A stretch of DNA of 64,000 nt, from positions 372,001 to 436,000 of the forward strand of contig JAKMXF010000210.1 in NCBI GenBank assembly GCA_024704765.1, written 5' to 3'. The DNA comes from Oopsacas minuta (Eukaryota > Animalia > Porifera). Within the stretch, counting starts at the first letter, position 1, and each line of letters starts with the position of its first letter. The notes under the pieces were generated by a model. The model did not search any database. It had not been told where the DNA came from and saw only the letters and a program-made list of their open reading frames with translations. Position numbers and translations under genes: made by a program. This document shows positions 46,993-62,703 of the stretch, in pieces.

Positions 46993-48273
46993 TCATACTG
47001 TTTGGAGATACTGTGTAGGGAGTTCATACAGGTTAGAAGGCAGTGAACCTTCCGATGTAGTCTGTATTTCATCCGTCTTCTCGGCTTGTTCGTCTCTATC
47101 ATGCTGGTTCAACATCAAGTTGCCACATTTCGCGAGACCCTTCACAGATTTTCCTGTTTTTATTTCTAACCTCCTTGGCCACAACGGTTGTATATTCATA
47201 CATTTCCTGCTAGCTAACACACAACAAGCAGATACTGTTGCTGGGGTATGCTCCAGGAAGATAACCTCCTGTAATGAGATCTCTAGGAAATACTTGGTGT
47301 AGCGTTCAAATGCTTTTTCAGCATTTTCAAATTGATCTTCCAGCTGCTTGCCTCGATATATGTCGCTTACATCCAAGGCATTATGGAGATAGTAATTGAT
47401 GAAGTGAGCTGCAGTAGGAATGTTCAAATTCCATTTGTAGAACTTGAGCACTGTTAACTCCATCCGTTTGAACTCTTCAACTCCGTATGCGTATTGTACG
47501 AAACTGGACAGAGTATCAATAGTTGGTATCAGCCTGTCCAGTTCTTCAGACTTGGCAGCTATTTGGAGACTTACGAGACAAGTCAAATGTAACTGTGTAT
47601 CAGCGATACTATGGTTATCCATGAAATGATCCATCAGATACACAGCTAGGTGCTGAGTGCCTATGTTTATGTGGAGTTTTTCACACAGAAGACCCATAAA
47701 ATCTACGAGATATCGTCTGTACTCGAGCTGGGGGGAGTTCCGTCCGTACGGTATCCTCAGTTCTTGATGCTTCTGTAAAGTGGAGTAAATGTGTTCCGCG
47801 TAAATATGCACCCACCAACCCTGTCCATCTTGGGATTTCAGTGTATCGTCCCCCCCTTTAATTGAAGAGGCTGGGGACTCGACTCGGCCTTTGGGTTTGT
47901 CCACGCTTCCGGATGGGTCCAACTCTTCTTGAGGGCAACTGAGGGACTTGAAAGACGGGAGATTACCGGGAGATGACTGAATTTGCATTACTTTTCGCAT
48001 GTAAAGGTCCCTTTCAATTGCTCGCGTCAACTCTAACCAAATAATTTTACGGAGATTTGGTCTCATAACATTTAAATAGTCCATTCTGTGTGCATACTTC
48101 AGTCTGTAGAGGTTTCTAAAGAATTTTCTCTCAAATGAATCACATTCTTCTGATGGTAAACAAGTACTAACGTTAACAGCTGATTCTACCTAAATCTCAT
48201 GTCTTCCCGCCTTTCTATTGATTCTTAGCTCATTCATCAGTTGTATAACACATCTATGTGTTGCATCTTGCAT
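46993..48273 (-). CDS. CCNJ: Cyclin J with long N-terminal extension (main ORF 48084-46993; probable micro-exon 48273-48250 plus intron 48249-48190)
   Basis: GWWVHIYAEHIY..ELRIPY..SPQLEYRRYLVDFM, HLAVYLMDHFMD..QLHL..AAKSEE, ELTVLKFYKWNLNIPTAAHFINYY. Confidence 0.85.
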
Positions 48274-48599
48274 AATTCATATAATTGAAATTTCACATTT
48301 TTTGTCTGTTTTACGATTATATTATGCAATCAGTAAATCGAGCTCGGTTAAAAAATTATAATCATTGAGGCAAAACAAGTCAATTAGTTTTTGGGAATAT
48401 ATTTATTTTACCATTAATAAATCGTACTACCGTATCATTTGATATTAATTCAGCGCAATTTCGAAATATTCGTATTCAAAAGTCCTTCACAAGGTTATCT
48501 AATTAAGTAGACTTGTCATAATATTTTAATTCGGTATTTATTTTGATCTTTCAATTTCCTAATTGTATAGATTAGTTGTATTAGTACTAGCTATAGCTA

Positions 48600-48938
48600 A
48601 TGGCTCGTCGCCTGTTCCCTAACTTGTTTAAGAGCTACGATGCAGCTTACTACCGCTGGTGGTACAGAAATGTAGGCCATCAGAAGTTCGGACTGAGACT
48701 AGATGATCTATGGGATCATCTTAATCCAGATGTAGAGGTAGCGATATCAAGATTATCAGAAGATGAGTATAATATGCGTAACTGGAGGTTGAAACGAGCT
48801 TTAGACTTGTCAATGAAGAACAGAATTCTTCCATTAGAGCAGTGGACTAAGCCTGAAGATGATCACCGTTATATCTTAAAACATGTCGTGAAAATCAGAG
48901 AGGAAAGATTGGAACGAGAGGCCTGGAATAAGCTATGA
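48600..48938 (+). CDS. UQCRB: Cytochrome b-c1 complex subunit 7
   Basis: GHQKFGLRLDD..DVEVAISRL..RNWRLKRALDLSMKNRILPLEQWTKPEDD..ERLEREAW. Confidence 0.93.
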   Translation: MARRLFPNLFKSYDAAYYRWWYRNVGHQKFGLRLDDLWDHLNPDVEVAISRLSEDEYNMRNWRLKRALDLSMKNRILPLEQWTKPEDDHRYILKHVVKIREERLEREAWNKL

Positions 48939-49236
48939 TTTGGCTAAGACCTCATTAATATTATAGGTACGAATCTCATAACGGTGCTTAATTAATTACT
49001 GTATGTACTTGAATTATTATACGTTATTTCTACACATTATTTATTTCAAAAAGACGCAAACCTTAAGTCAATACAATACGATTTCCCTCCAGCTTTTAAT
49101 GTGAATTTTTCTCATTATATAAATCTATACTTAATCAAACACAATAATATACATAACCTATTGACAAACTTGATATATAGAATTCTATATTCTCTATTTG
49201 TTCCTAAATAAGTATTCAGAGAATATTTACAAATGT

Positions 49237-51131
49237 CTAATCATCAAATTCTTCTCCTCCGAGCTCATCATGCAATTCAATCTCTTCGTACTGCTGGTAC
49301 TCATAGATCATGTCTGTTACGTTAGAACGAGCTTCTGTGAATTCCATCTCATCCATACCCTCTCCCGTGTAGAAATGTAAGAAAGCTTTTCTCCCAAACA
49401 TCTTGTTGAATTGCTCGAGGAGACGTTGAAATAAGGTTTTTATTGCGGTAGAGTTTGCAATGAAAGTTGAACTCATTTTCAAATCTTTAGGTGGTACAGA
49501 GCATACTGCTGTTTTCACATTATTCGGTATCCATTCCACGAAATAAGCACTGTTCTTGCTTTGCATTGACATCATTTGGTCATCCACCTCTTTCATTGCT
49601 ACCTGTCCTCTGAATATCGCAGCTACTGTCAGATACTTCCCAGTTCTAGGGTCACATGCTGCCATAGCATTCTTGTTATCAAACATCTGATGAGTGAGCT
49701 CTGCTACACTCAATGATTGATAACTCTTAACTGCAATAGAGGTTAGTGGGGCGTAACCAGGCATGAAGAAATGTAGACGTGGGAATGGTACCATGTTAAC
49801 TGCTAGCTTTCTTAGATCAGCATTCAGCTGTCCTGGGAATCTTAGACAAGTAGTGACACCTGACATAGTATTTGACACGAGGTTGTTCAGATGAGAGTAA
49901 CCTGCTTTCGTTATCTTTAGCACTCTTGTACAGATATTATGTAGAGCTTCATTGTCGATACAAAACGTCTGGTCAGTATTGTCGATCAGCTGGTGAGTAG
50001 ATAGCATAGCATTGTAAGGCTCTACTACTGTATCAGAAACCTTGGGAGATGGTACTACGCTAAAACTCATCATAATACGATCTGGATATTCTTCTTTAAT
50101 TTTTGCTAATAATAGTGTCCCTAGTCCTGACCCGGTACCACCACCTAACGAATGCACCAGCTGGAATCCTTGTAGACAATCACTAGCCTCTGCTTCCTTT
50201 CTGATAACATCCATTACAGAATCTACTAGATCTGCTCCTTCCGTGTAGTGACCTTTAGCCCAGTTGTTTCCAGCTCCGCTGTTACCGTTGATCAAGTTAT
50301 CTGGACGGAATAATCCACCTAAATGACCACCTTTGACTGAATCTATAGTTCCTGGTTCTAGATCAACGAGAACAGCTCTAGGTACATACTTATCGCCTTG
50401 AGCCTCACTGTAATACACGTTAAGTCTCTCAAACTGTATATCTGAGAGAGGATCTTCAGTCCTAACGAAGTTGCCTAGTGCGTCGATTGAGTGTTCTTCA
50501 TTTAACTGTTCCCAAAACTAAGAAATAATAATCATAAATTTTGCTATACTTTTTTATACAATATTCATATAACATACTAGCATGTAATCATATAATGGGA
50601 TTATCGGTAACTAAATTGCTTAAGAGGTATGGCCCAAATCTTCAAGATAGTCAAAAAGCTATCCAAGCACGATCACAAGTTTCACTTCATGAGAAAGATT
50701 ATGAATTTATCGATCGATTGAGAAAAATACAAGTTTTGACAATTCCTTACATTCCAGATGTTGGGATTAGTAAGAGTAAAATTCAACTCCTGGAGAGAGA
50801 AATCGATTGCTCTCCAGAAAATTTTGGCTCTGTTTTTGGCTACAGGCATGTATCAGAAATTTTGAGAAAATTCAGGTCACAATCTGATGCTTGGACTATA
50901 GATGACATGAGTAAAGAATTGAAAATAACTTCTACTCAAGCTCGTACACAATATTCCAAGTTAGATAGCTGGAGAAGATAATTAAGCGTTTTTTAAGTTA
51001 CTTACACCGAAGCACTTAATTTTTTTGTAGATTTGCTTGTTTCCAATTTTCATCAATTTATAAATGTAACTCACTCTCGATCCAATTTGATTACCACATT
51101 GTCCACATTGTATATGTACAATCTCTCTCAT
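49237..51131 (-). CDS. TUBB: Divergent beta-tubulin (exons 51131-51075 and 50517-49237)
   Basis: Exon 1 [19 protein letters not shown] ends at GTGAGT. The 557-nt intron ends at CTTAG before [42 protein letters not shown]. Confidence 0.95.
50595..50981 (+). CDS. NDUFAF4: NDUFAF4-like complex I assembly factor, nested antisense in the beta-tubulin intron
   Basis: N-myristoylation-type [20 protein letters not shown] and [12 protein letters not shown] resemble NDUFAF4 KDEKLLSFLKDVYV and WTAEKIMQEYQL. Confidence 0.62.
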   Translation: MGLSVTKLLKRYGPNLQDSQKAIQARSQVSLHEKDYEFIDRLRKIQVLTIPYIPDVGISKSKIQLLEREIDCSPENFGSVFGYRHVSEILRKFRSQSDAWTIDDMSKELKITSTQARTQYSKLDSWRR

Positions 51132-51618
51132 TTTCACCTCGCTTAAGAATAATTTGAATCAGATAGTTTGTAAATACATTGTCATACTCAGTCTTTTCAT
51201 CAATTTATATGAACTTCTTTATAGGTTATCTGGAAAAATGCATTCCGTAGCCTTGTAAGTATGTATGCGACTGAAACTTTGCTTCAATTCTAGGTATTGG
51301 CCGCTTGAATATGATTTCTTTATTGAACTCTTTTATTACTCTTCTTGTCCAGCTTGTATCGATTAAGTAAATAGTAACATACAAGTAGTAACGCTGTGTT
51401 CTAGCTTCATTCAATTGATAAATTTGCTTCTTCGGGGTTTCTACTGTGAAAGTAGAAATTGATTAAATAACCGGTCTATTATTACCATTTTATCTTAGAA
51501 ATTTAAATACCAAATAGCTATCCTCTGTTTACGTTGTTAGGTAATATAATATTTCAATTTATGAGTGTTTGTTTAGTTATTAACTACAAAAACTTATCTT
51601 ATTAATTAGCCTATTATA

Positions 51619-54600
51619 ATGGATTTTGATCCAGCACATCCCCAGGGGATACACTTGCCCCCTCACCTCCTCCCTGAGAACCAGATACCCCTACAACCCC
51701 CTGCTTTCCCGCCTCTTTGGCCCACTTATTATTCAGACGGTTACGCTCCTGAACTCACAGAGGAACAGTTGCAGGAGAAAGCAAGGAAATGGCAACTGCT
51801 CCAGCAGAAGAGGTATGCTGAAAAGCGCAAGTTCGGATTTGTAGAAGCTCAGAAGGATGACTTACCAGAAGAACATGTACGTAAGATAATGAGAGATCAC
51901 GGTGATATGACTAACCGTAAGTTCCGTCACGATAAACGTGTGTATCTAGGAGCTCTCAAGTACATACCACATGCTGTACTGAAGCTGTTAGAGAATATGC
52001 CGATGCCTTGGGAACAGATACGTACTGTAAGTGTGCTATACCATATTACCGGTGCTATTACGTTTGTGAATGAAATACCTTGGGTAATCGAGCCCGTGTA
52101 TATAGCACAGTGGGGTAGCATGTGGATAATGATGCGTAGAGAGAAGAGGGATAGACGACATTTTAAGAGGATGAGGTTCCCGCCCTTTGATGATGAAGAA
52201 CCTCCCCTAGACTATGGAGATAACGTGCTAGACATAGAACCATTAGAAGCTATTCAGATGGAGCTTGATGAGGAAGAGGATTGTCACATATTTGATTGGT
52301 TCTATGAACATAAAGCAAAGGATCTGATAAATTTGAAAATGGTTAATGGATCATCGTATAGGAGATGGAAGCTTAGTATGCCTATCCTCTCTAATCTATA
52401 CCGGCTTGCTAATCAGCTGCTTACAGACTTAGTTGATGATAATTATTTCTATCTCTTCGATTTGAAATCTTTTTTTACTAGCAAAGCTCTCAATCTTGCT
52501 ATCCCTGGCGGTCCTAAGTTCGAGCCTCTAATGCGAGACCAGAATATAATGGATGAAGATTGGAATGAATTCAATGATATTAATAAGATAATCATACGTC
52601 ATCATATCCGTACTGAGTATAGGATAGCATTTCCCTATCTCTACAACAGTATGCCATATTATGTACATTTATCATGGTATCATACTCCTAATGTAGTGTA
52701 TATCAAGACAGAGGATCCTGACCTACCAGCATTCTACTTCGACCCTCTTATTAATCCAATCACACACAATAAATCAGCTCAACCACACCAACATACAGTC
52801 CCTGAGATATTACCAGAAGATGATGAGCTATTCCAATTGCCTGACTATATTGACCCATTCTTACAGGAGATTTCTCTATTCACTGATAACACTGCTAATG
52901 GTATTTCCTTATTGTGGGCACCTAAGCCTTTCAATACACGATCTGGTAGAACTCGTCGCTGTATTGACGTGCCATTAGTCGCTAGTTGGTATAAAGAACA
53001 CGCTCCTACTGGTCACCCCGTTAAAGTACGAGTTTCTTACCAGAAACTATTGAAATGCTATGTACTTAACGCTCTTAAGAGGCGACCTCCTAAATCAATG
53101 AAAAAACGTTATCTCTTCCGTTCATTCAAAACAACAAAGTTCTTCCAATGCACTAAACTAGACTGGGTAGAAGCTGGCTTACAGGTATGTAGACAAGGCT
53201 ACAACATGCTTAATCTTCTCATACACAGGAAAAATCTCAACTATCTTCACTTAGACTACAATTTTAATCTCAAGCCAGTAAAAACCCTCACAACTAAAGA
53301 ACGTAAAAAATCACGATTTGGTAATGCTTTCCATCTGTGTAGAGAAATACTACGGCTCACTAAGCTAATAGTAGATTCTCATGTACAGTATAGATTGGGT
53401 AATGTAGATTCGTATCAGTTGGCAGATGGACTGCAGTATGTATTCTCTCATGTGGGTCAACTAACCGGTATGTACCGGTACAAGTATAAATTGATGAGAC
53501 AAATACGTATGTGTAAAGACCTTAAGCATTTGATATACTACCGGTTTAATACCGGACCTGTCGGGAAGGGACCGGGGTGTGGATTCTGGGCTCCTGGTTG
53601 GAGAGTTTGGATATTTTTTCTTAGAGGAATCGTCCCTCTATTGGAGAGATGGCTAGGTAACCTCCTCTCCAGACAATTTGAAGGTAGACACAGTAAAGGA
53701 ATTGCTAAAACAGTTACTAAGCAGAGAGTAGAGAGTCACTACGATTTAGAACTTAGAGCTTCTGTTATGCATGACATACTGGATATGATGCCTGAAGGAA
53801 TCAGACAGAATAAAGCTAAGACAATTCTACAGCACTTATCTGAAGCTTGGAGATGTTGGAAGGCTAACATTCCATGGAAAGTTCCAGGCCTGCCTATCCC
53901 TATTGAAAATATGATTTTGAGGTATGTCAAGAGCAAAGCTGACTGGTGGACTAACACATCTCATTATAATCGTGAAAGAATTCGTAGAGGAGCTACTGTT
54001 GACAAAACTGTTTGTAAGAAGAACCTTGGAAGATTGACTCGACTCTATTTGAAAGCTGAACAAGAAAGACAACATAATTACCTTAAAGATGGTCCTTATT
54101 TAACAGCAGAAGAAGCAGTAGCTATTTATACCACGATGGTACATTGGCTAGAGAGTAGAAGGTTCAGTCCTATCCCATTCCCACCTCTCTCTTATAAGCA
54201 CGATACTAAACTACTTATTCTTGCTCTAGAGAGATTGAAAGAAGCTTACAGTGTTAAGTCTCGTCTCAATCATTCACAGAGAGAAGAGCTAGGCCTCATT
54301 GAGCAGGCGTATGACAATCCTCATGAAGCTCTCTCTAGGATAAAACGTCATTTGTTGACAATGAGAGCTTTCAAGGAAGTAGGAATAGAATTTATGGATC
54401 TTTATTCACATCTCACTCCAGTATACGATGTAGAACCTAATGAAAAGATTACAGATGCTTATCTAGACCAGTATGTGTGGTATGAAGCTGACAAAAGGAG
54501 ACTGTTCCCACCTTGGATCAAGCCTTCTGATACTGAACCCCCTCCCCAATTGGTGTACAAATGGTGTCAAAGTATAAACAATCTATCCAGTGTATGGGAG

Positions 54601-57600
54601 ACAGGAGAGAGCGAATGTAATGTAATGATGGAGACAACCTACGAGAAAATATATGAGAAGATAGATTTTACCCTCTTGAATAGGCTACTACGTCTGATAA
54701 TTGATCATAACATTGCTGATTACATGACTGCTAAGAATAATATTGTCATAAACTATAAAGACATGAATCATACTAATTCCTATGGTATTATCAGAGGATT
54801 ACAATTCGCTTCCTTCATTGTACAGTTTTACGGGTTGATACTTGACCTTCTGGTGTTAGGACTTCATAGAGCTGCTGAAATGGCTGGACCCCCACAGAGT
54901 CCGAATGAATTCCTCTCCTACCAAGACAGTGAGACTGAGACCTTCCATCCGATCAGATTCTACTCGCGTTATATTGATCGTATCCATGTGTTCTTCAGAT
55001 TTACTTCTGAAGAAGCAAGAGAGCTTATACAGCGTTTTTTAACTGAGCATCCTGACCCGAATAACGAAAATATTGTCGGATATAATAATAGGAAATGCTG
55101 GCCACGTGATGCACGCATGCGATTGATGAAGCATGACGTAAATCTTGGAAGAGCTGTGTTCTGGGATATCAAGAATAGATTGCCGAGATCTCTGACAACT
55201 CTCCTCTGGGAGAATACATTTGTTAGTGTATACTCTAAAGATAATCCAAATCTTCTATTCAACATGACAGGATTTGAGGTTAGGATTCTCCCTAAGTGCA
55301 GAGCTGGTACAGATGATATTCACAATAAAGATGGAGTTTGGCATTTGCAAAATGAAATAACTAAAGAGAGAACTGCTCAATGCTTTCTACGAGTAGACGA
55401 GGAATCAATGCAGAGGTTTCATAACAGAGTAAGACAGATATTAATGGCATCAGGCAGTACTACATTCACTAAGATAGTTAATAAATGGAACACTGCACTT
55501 ATTGGACTGATGACTTACTTTAGAGAAGCTGTCACAAACACTCAGGAATTATTAGATCTGTTAGTCAAGTGTGAAAATAAAATACAAACTCGTATCAAGA
55601 TAGGACTCAACAGCAAAATGCCTAGCAGATTCCCTCCAGTAGTATTCTATACGCCCAAAGAGCTAGGTGGATTGGGAATGTTGTCTATGGGTCACGTGCT
55701 TATACCACAATCAGACCTGAGATGGTCTAAACAGACTGACGCAGGTATCACTCATTTCCGGTCTGGTATGTCTCATGATGAAGATCAGCTGATCCCTAAT
55801 CTGTATAGGTATGTACAACCATGGGAATCTGAGTTCATTGACTCTCAGCGTGTGTGGGCTGAGTACCGCTTGAAGAGACAAGAAGCTATTTCTCAGAATA
55901 GAAGACTCAATCTGGAGGATTTGGAAGAATCCTGGGACCGTGGAATTCCGCGAATAAACACCCTCTTTCAGAAAGATAGACAAACACTTGCATATGACAA
56001 GGGTTGGAGGGTAAGAACAGATTTCAAACAGTATCAAGTATTGAAACAGAACCCATTCTGGTGGACTCATCAGAGACACGACGGTAAGCTGTGGAATCTG
56101 AATAATTATCGTACAGACATGATACAAGCACTGGGAGGAGTAGAGGGGATATTAGAGCATACTCTATTCAAGGGTACCTACTTCCCTACATGGGAGGGGT
56201 TGTTCTGGGAGAAAGCCAGCGGTTTTGAAGAGTCCATGAAGTATAAAAAGCTTACAAATGCACAACGCTCTGGACTCAATCAGATTCCCAACCGTAGATT
56301 CACTCTGTGGTGGTCACCTACTATAAATAGAGCTAATGTGTATGTAGGTTTCCAAGTACAGTTGGATTTAACCGGCATCTTTATGCACGGGAAAATCCCC
56401 ACACTGAAGATATCTCTAATACAAATATTCAGAGCTCATTTATGGCAGAAAATACACGAGAGTGTTGTTATGGATTTATGTCAGGTATTCGATCAAGAGT
56501 TAGATGCGTTACAGATACAAACTGTACAGAAAGAGACAATTCACCCTCGTAAATCTTACAAAATGAATAGCTCATGTGCTGATGTACTTCTGTTTGCTAG
56601 CAACAAATGGTCTGTGTCTAAGCCTTCTCTCATCTCTGATGTTAAAGATGTAATGGATTCAGCTACTACTCAGAAATACTGGTTAGATATTCAGCTTAGA
56701 TGGGGAGACTACGATTCTCATGACGTAGAGAGATACGCTAGAGCTAAATTCCTTGACTATACCACTGATAACATGAGTATATACCCCTCTCCAACTGGAG
56801 TAATGATTGCTATTGATTTAGCTTACAATTTGCATTCAGCTTTTGGACATTGGATACCGGGTATGAAATCTTTAGTACAACAAGCCATGGCCAAGATAAT
56901 GAAAGCTAACCCAGCTCTATACGTATTGAGAGAACGCATTAGAAAAGGATTACAGTTATACAGCAGTGAGCCAACGGAACCTTATCTCTCCTCACAAAAT
57001 TATGGAGAACTTTTCTCTAATCAAATTATTTGGTTTGTAGATGATACGAATGTATACAGAGTTACTATTCATAAAACTATTCAAGGTAATCTCACTACCA
57101 AGCCTATCAATGGAGCTATATTCATATTCAATCCTAGAACAGGTCAACTGTTCCTCAAGATTATTCATACTAAAGTTTGGGCGGGACAGAAAAGATTAAG
57201 TCAGTTAGCGAAATGGAAAACTGCGGAAGAAGTAGCTGCGCTTATTCGATCTTTGCCAGTGGAAGAACAACCTAGACAGATTATTGTAACTCGAAAAGGA
57301 ATGTTAGATCCTTTGGAAGTTCATCTCTTGGACTTCCCTAACATTGTCATTAAAGGCTCTGAGCTACAACTCCCATTCCAAGCTTGCCTTAAGGTTGAGA
57401 AGTTTGGCGACCTAATTCTCAAGGCAACTGAACCACAAATGGTACTATTCAATCTCTATGACGATTGGCTTAAGTCAATTTCTTCCTATACAGCATTCTC
57501 TAGACTTATTTTAATATTAAGAGCTTTACATGTTAATAATGACCGCAGTAAGATTATCCTCAAGCCTGATAAGACCACTGTAACGGAATCTCATCATATT

Positions 57601-58713
57601 TGGCCGTCTCTGGGAGATGAAGAATGGACTAAGATTGAGAATGAATTAAAAGATCTTATCCTATTAGACTATGGTAAGAAGAATAATGTTAATATCAGTT
57701 CATTAACACAATCAGAAATTCGTGATATTATACTTGGTATGGAGATATCTGCTCCAAGTGCTCAGAGACAGCAAATAGCTGAGATTGAAAAGCAAGCAAA
57801 AGATCAGTCTCAAGTCACAGCTACAACAACAAAGACCACAAACAAACACGGAGACTTGATTGTTGTAGCAACCCTGTCTGATTATGAAACTCAGACATTT
57901 GCTTCTCGTACTGATTGGCCGGTGAGAGCTATCTCCGCTACAAATCTTCATCTACGAACACATCACATATACGTAAGTAGTGAAGATATCAAGGAAACTG
58001 GATTTACTTATATTCTACCGAAAAATGTGCTTAGAAAATTCATAATAATCTCAGATCTGAGGACACAAATTGCTGGATATCTGTATGGTGTATCGCCAGG
58101 GGATAACCCTCAGGTTAAGGAGATAAGGTGTATAGTCATGATACCACAATGGGGAACACATCAAACAGTACATCTCCCAGATAATCTCCCTCAACATGAG
58201 TACCTTAAGGAATTAGAGCCTATTGGATGGATTCATACACAGCCTAATGAATTGCCTCAACTATCACCACAGGATGTCAGTTCTCATGCTAAGATTATGT
58301 CTAACCACTCTTCATGGGACGGAGAAAAAACTATAATTTTAACTTGTAGTTTCACGCCAGGATCTTGCTCTCTAGCTGCGTACAAATTGACTCCCTCTGG
58401 TTATGAGTGGGGTAAGAAGAATAAAGATACTGGAAATAATCCACAAGGCTATCTACCATCACATTACGAGAGAGTACAGATGCTTTTGTCAGACCGGTTC
58501 TACGGGTTCTTCATGGTACCGGCTATGGGTTCATGGAATTACAACTTTATGGGTGTAAAGTTCTCCGCTAATATGCGTTATGAATTACAACTTGCTAATC
58601 CTAAGGAATTCTATAATGAAATACACAGACCTGATCATTTCCTACGTTTCTCTCAGCTTGATACCAGTGGGTCTCTGGATCTAGAGCCAGAACTTGAGGA
58701 TCTGTTATCTTAA
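51619..58713 (+). CDS. PRPF8: Pre-mRNA-processing-splicing factor 8, one 7.1-kb exon
   Basis: 2364-aa uninterrupted ORF with near-continuous Prp8 motifs (KARKWQ, RT-like, RNase H-like and Jab1/MPN domains). Confidence 0.99.
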   Translation: MDFDPAHPQGIHLPPHLLPENQIPLQPPAFPPLWPTYYSDGYAPELTEEQLQEKARKWQLLQQKRYAEKRKFGFVEAQKDDLPEEHVRKIMRDHGDMTNRKFRHDKRVYLGALKYIPHAVLKLLENMPMPWEQIRTVSVLYHITGAITFVNEIPWVIEPVYIAQWGSMWIMMRREKRDRRHFKRMRFPPFDDEEPPLDYGDNVLDIEPLEAIQMELDEEEDCHIFDWFYEHKAKDLINLKMVNGSSYRRWKLSMPILSNLYRLANQLLTDLVDDNYFYLFDLKSFFTSKALNLAIPGGPKFEPLMRDQNIMDEDWNEFNDINKIIIRHHIRTEYRIAFPYLYNSMPYYVHLSWYHTPNVVYIKTEDPDLPAFYFDPLINPITHNKSAQPHQHTVPEILPEDDELFQLPDYIDPFLQEISLFTDNTANGISLLWAPKPFNTRSGRTRRCIDVPLVASWYKEHAPTGHPVKVRVSYQKLLKCYVLNALKRRPPKSMKKRYLFRSFKTTKFFQCTKLDWVEAGLQVCRQGYNMLNLLIHRKNLNYLHLDYNFNLKPVKTLTTKERKKSRFGNAFHLCREILRLTKLIVDSHVQYRLGNVDSYQLADGLQYVFSHVGQLTGMYRYKYKLMRQIRMCKDLKHLIYYRFNTGPVGKGPGCGFWAPGWRVWIFFLRGIVPLLERWLGNLLSRQFEGRHSKGIAKTVTKQRVESHYDLELRASVMHDILDMMPEGIRQNKAKTILQHLSEAWRCWKANIPWKVPGLPIPIENMILRYVKSKADWWTNTSHYNRERIRRGATVDKTVCKKNLGRLTRLYLKAEQERQHNYLKDGPYLTAEEAVAIYTTMVHWLESRRFSPIPFPPLSYKHDTKLLILALERLKEAYSVKSRLNHSQREELGLIEQAYDNPHEALSRIKRHLLTMRAFKEVGIEFMDLYSHLTPVYDVEPNEKITDAYLDQYVWYEADKRRLFPPWIKPSDTEPPPQLVYKWCQSINNLSSVWETGESECNVMMETTYEKIYEKIDFTLLNRLLRLIIDHNIADYMTAKNNIVINYKDMNHTNSYGIIRGLQFASFIVQFYGLILDLLVLGLHRAAEMAGPPQSPNEFLSYQDSETETFHPIRFYSRYIDRIHVFFRFTSEEARELIQRFLTEHPDPNNENIVGYNNRKCWPRDARMRLMKHDVNLGRAVFWDIKNRLPRSLTTLLWENTFVSVYSKDNPNLLFNMTGFEVRILPKCRAGTDDIHNKDGVWHLQNEITKERTAQCFLRVDEESMQRFHNRVRQILMASGSTTFTKIVNKWNTALIGLMTYFREAVTNTQELLDLLVKCENKIQTRIKIGLNSKMPSRFPPVVFYTPKELGGLGMLSMGHVLIPQSDLRWSKQTDAGITHFRSGMSHDEDQLIPNLYRYVQPWESEFIDSQRVWAEYRLKRQEAISQNRRLNLEDLEESWDRGIPRINTLFQKDRQTLAYDKGWRVRTDFKQYQVLKQNPFWWTHQRHDGKLWNLNNYRTDMIQALGGVEGILEHTLFKGTYFPTWEGLFWEKASGFEESMKYKKLTNAQRSGLNQIPNRRFTLWWSPTINRANVYVGFQVQLDLTGIFMHGKIPTLKISLIQIFRAHLWQKIHESVVMDLCQVFDQELDALQIQTVQKETIHPRKSYKMNSSCADVLLFASNKWSVSKPSLISDVKDVMDSATTQKYWLDIQLRWGDYDSHDVERYARAKFLDYTTDNMSIYPSPTGVMIAIDLAYNLHSAFGHWIPGMKSLVQQAMAKIMKANPALYVLRERIRKGLQLYSSEPTEPYLSSQNYGELFSNQIIWFVDDTNVYRVTIHKTIQGNLTTKPINGAIFIFNPRTGQLFLKIIHTKVWAGQKRLSQLAKWKTAEEVAALIRSLPVEEQPRQIIVTRKGMLDPLEVHLLDFPNIVIKGSELQLPFQACLKVEKFGDLILKATEPQMVLFNLYDDWLKSISSYTAFSRLILILRALHVNNDRSKIILKPDKTTVTESHHIWPSLGDEEWTKIENELKDLILLDYGKKNNVNISSLTQSEIRDIILGMEISAPSAQRQQIAEIEKQAKDQSQVTATTTKTTNKHGDLIVVATLSDYETQTFASRTDWPVRAISATNLHLRTHHIYVSSEDIKETGFTYILPKNVLRKFIIISDLRTQIAGYLYGVSPGDNPQVKEIRCIVMIPQWGTHQTVHLPDNLPQHEYLKELEPIGWIHTQPNELPQLSPQDVSSHAKIMSNHSSWDGEKTIILTCSFTPGSCSLAAYKLTPSGYEWGKKNKDTGNNPQGYLPSHYERVQMLLSDRFYGFFMVPAMGSWNYNFMGVKFSANMRYELQLANPKEFYNEIHRPDHFLRFSQLDTSGSLDLEPELEDLLS

Positions 58714-58890
58714 CCTAACTAATACTAACACTATTTTCATGAATTCGTAGAATTAATTAGATTTGCCTGAAATTAACATTCGTATAATATTTTGATTTTG
58801 ATTTCTTATTGCTAATTTGTAACTATTCTCTGAATACAGGGTAGCAGATAATACACGATACTTACAAACTGAATTAGCCTCTCTATACAT

Positions 58891-61536
<2,646 letters not shown>

Positions 61537-61616
61537 ATTATTATTTATATCTTTACTTACTTTATAATCTAACCGATATTCTAAAATATTGTTTGTTTAT
61601 ATGATTAGCTGAGCTG

Positions 61617-62498
61617 ATGGGTCTAAAGTGTAGATTCTTCAAGATACTCTTTATTCACTTTCTACGACTGTACCCTTCAGAGAATGGGAAGTACTGGTTC
61701 ATATGTGATCCCTGTGGTATAATTTGTATGTTCCTAACATACTTCCTCGTAGCTTATGGTCAATTTGTTTCTATTTTTGTTATCCTCCTGCCACGCCCTA
61801 CAATACTTATATCAATTCTATGGATTTTATTCACTGGTGAATCCATCCTTGCTGTTGTGTCACATATGAAAGCTATGTGTACAGATCCCGGCTCGATGCC
61901 ACGCGACACAGATTCAGAGGAGAGCATCTCTGAGAGGAAAGAACAAGGAGAAGCAGTTTCTTACTGCAAGAAGTGTAGAGGTTCTAAGCCTTTCCGTGCA
62001 CATCACTGCAGTACATGCAATCGCTGTGTTCAAAGAATGGATCATCACTGTCCGTGGATTAATAACTGTGTAGGTGCATACAACCAAAAGTTCTTTGTGT
62101 TATTCTGTTTTTATATAATGATGGTATCTGCTACCGGTCTGTTAATGTGCTCGATTCACTTCTATGAATGTGCTTCTACCAACTTTAGCGATTGTAATGG
62201 TCTCATTACCGGTGCTCCTCATCTAGTGATCATTATACTAGCCGTATTGGAGGGGCTTTTGTTCGTACTTTTCACATTCATAATGTTCTGCTCACAAATA
62301 TACGCGATAGCTTATGACGAGACGGGAATTGAGAGACTTAAACACGAAGATGTGGAAAGAGAAACAACATTCATGGAGAGCATGCGAGAAGTGTTTGGAG
62401 GTAGAGTTTCCTGGTTTTGGTTGTCACCCTTCAATTCTCTACAAGGAATTCACTATAGAAGGAAACCATACATTGCAGATGATATTTTAGACGTTTGA
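61617..62498 (+). CDS. ZDHHC3: DHHC palmitoyltransferase, ZDHHC3/7-like, intronless
   Basis: WFICDPCG, AMCTDPG, KPFRAHHCSTCNRCVQRMDHHCPWINNCVG, DETGIERLK. Confidence 0.88.
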   Translation: MGLKCRFFKILFIHFLRLYPSENGKYWFICDPCGIICMFLTYFLVAYGQFVSIFVILLPRPTILISILWILFTGESILAVVSHMKAMCTDPGSMPRDTDSEESISERKEQGEAVSYCKKCRGSKPFRAHHCSTCNRCVQRMDHHCPWINNCVGAYNQKFFVLFCFYIMMVSATGLLMCSIHFYECASTNFSDCNGLITGAPHLVIIILAVLEGLLFVLFTFIMFCSQIYAIAYDETGIERLKHEDVERETTFMESMREVFGGRVSWFWLSPFNSLQGIHYRRKPYIADDILDV

Positions 62499-62703
62499 AC
62501 AACTGTGAAACAAAGAATCAATTCTATATCTAACTAGTTATCAAGATATACTACTCATAGTAAAGATGTTGTATTAATTTTAATTCGTATACAGAATTCT
62601 CAAGTTATTACATTCTATTTACATTATATAATGCAATTTTTCTAAAAATATAATATTTGAATGGATATTTTATTTTAACGCTTCAGTATTGTCAATTTGA
62701 GCT

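Noticed and set aside
53739-57951. Minus-strand ORFs within PRPF8, and similar shadows in ECT2L, MGLL, DCXR, SNX13, CXXC1 and tubulin
   Set aside because: They are short antisense or off-frame by-products of conserved coding sequence with no motifs of their own.
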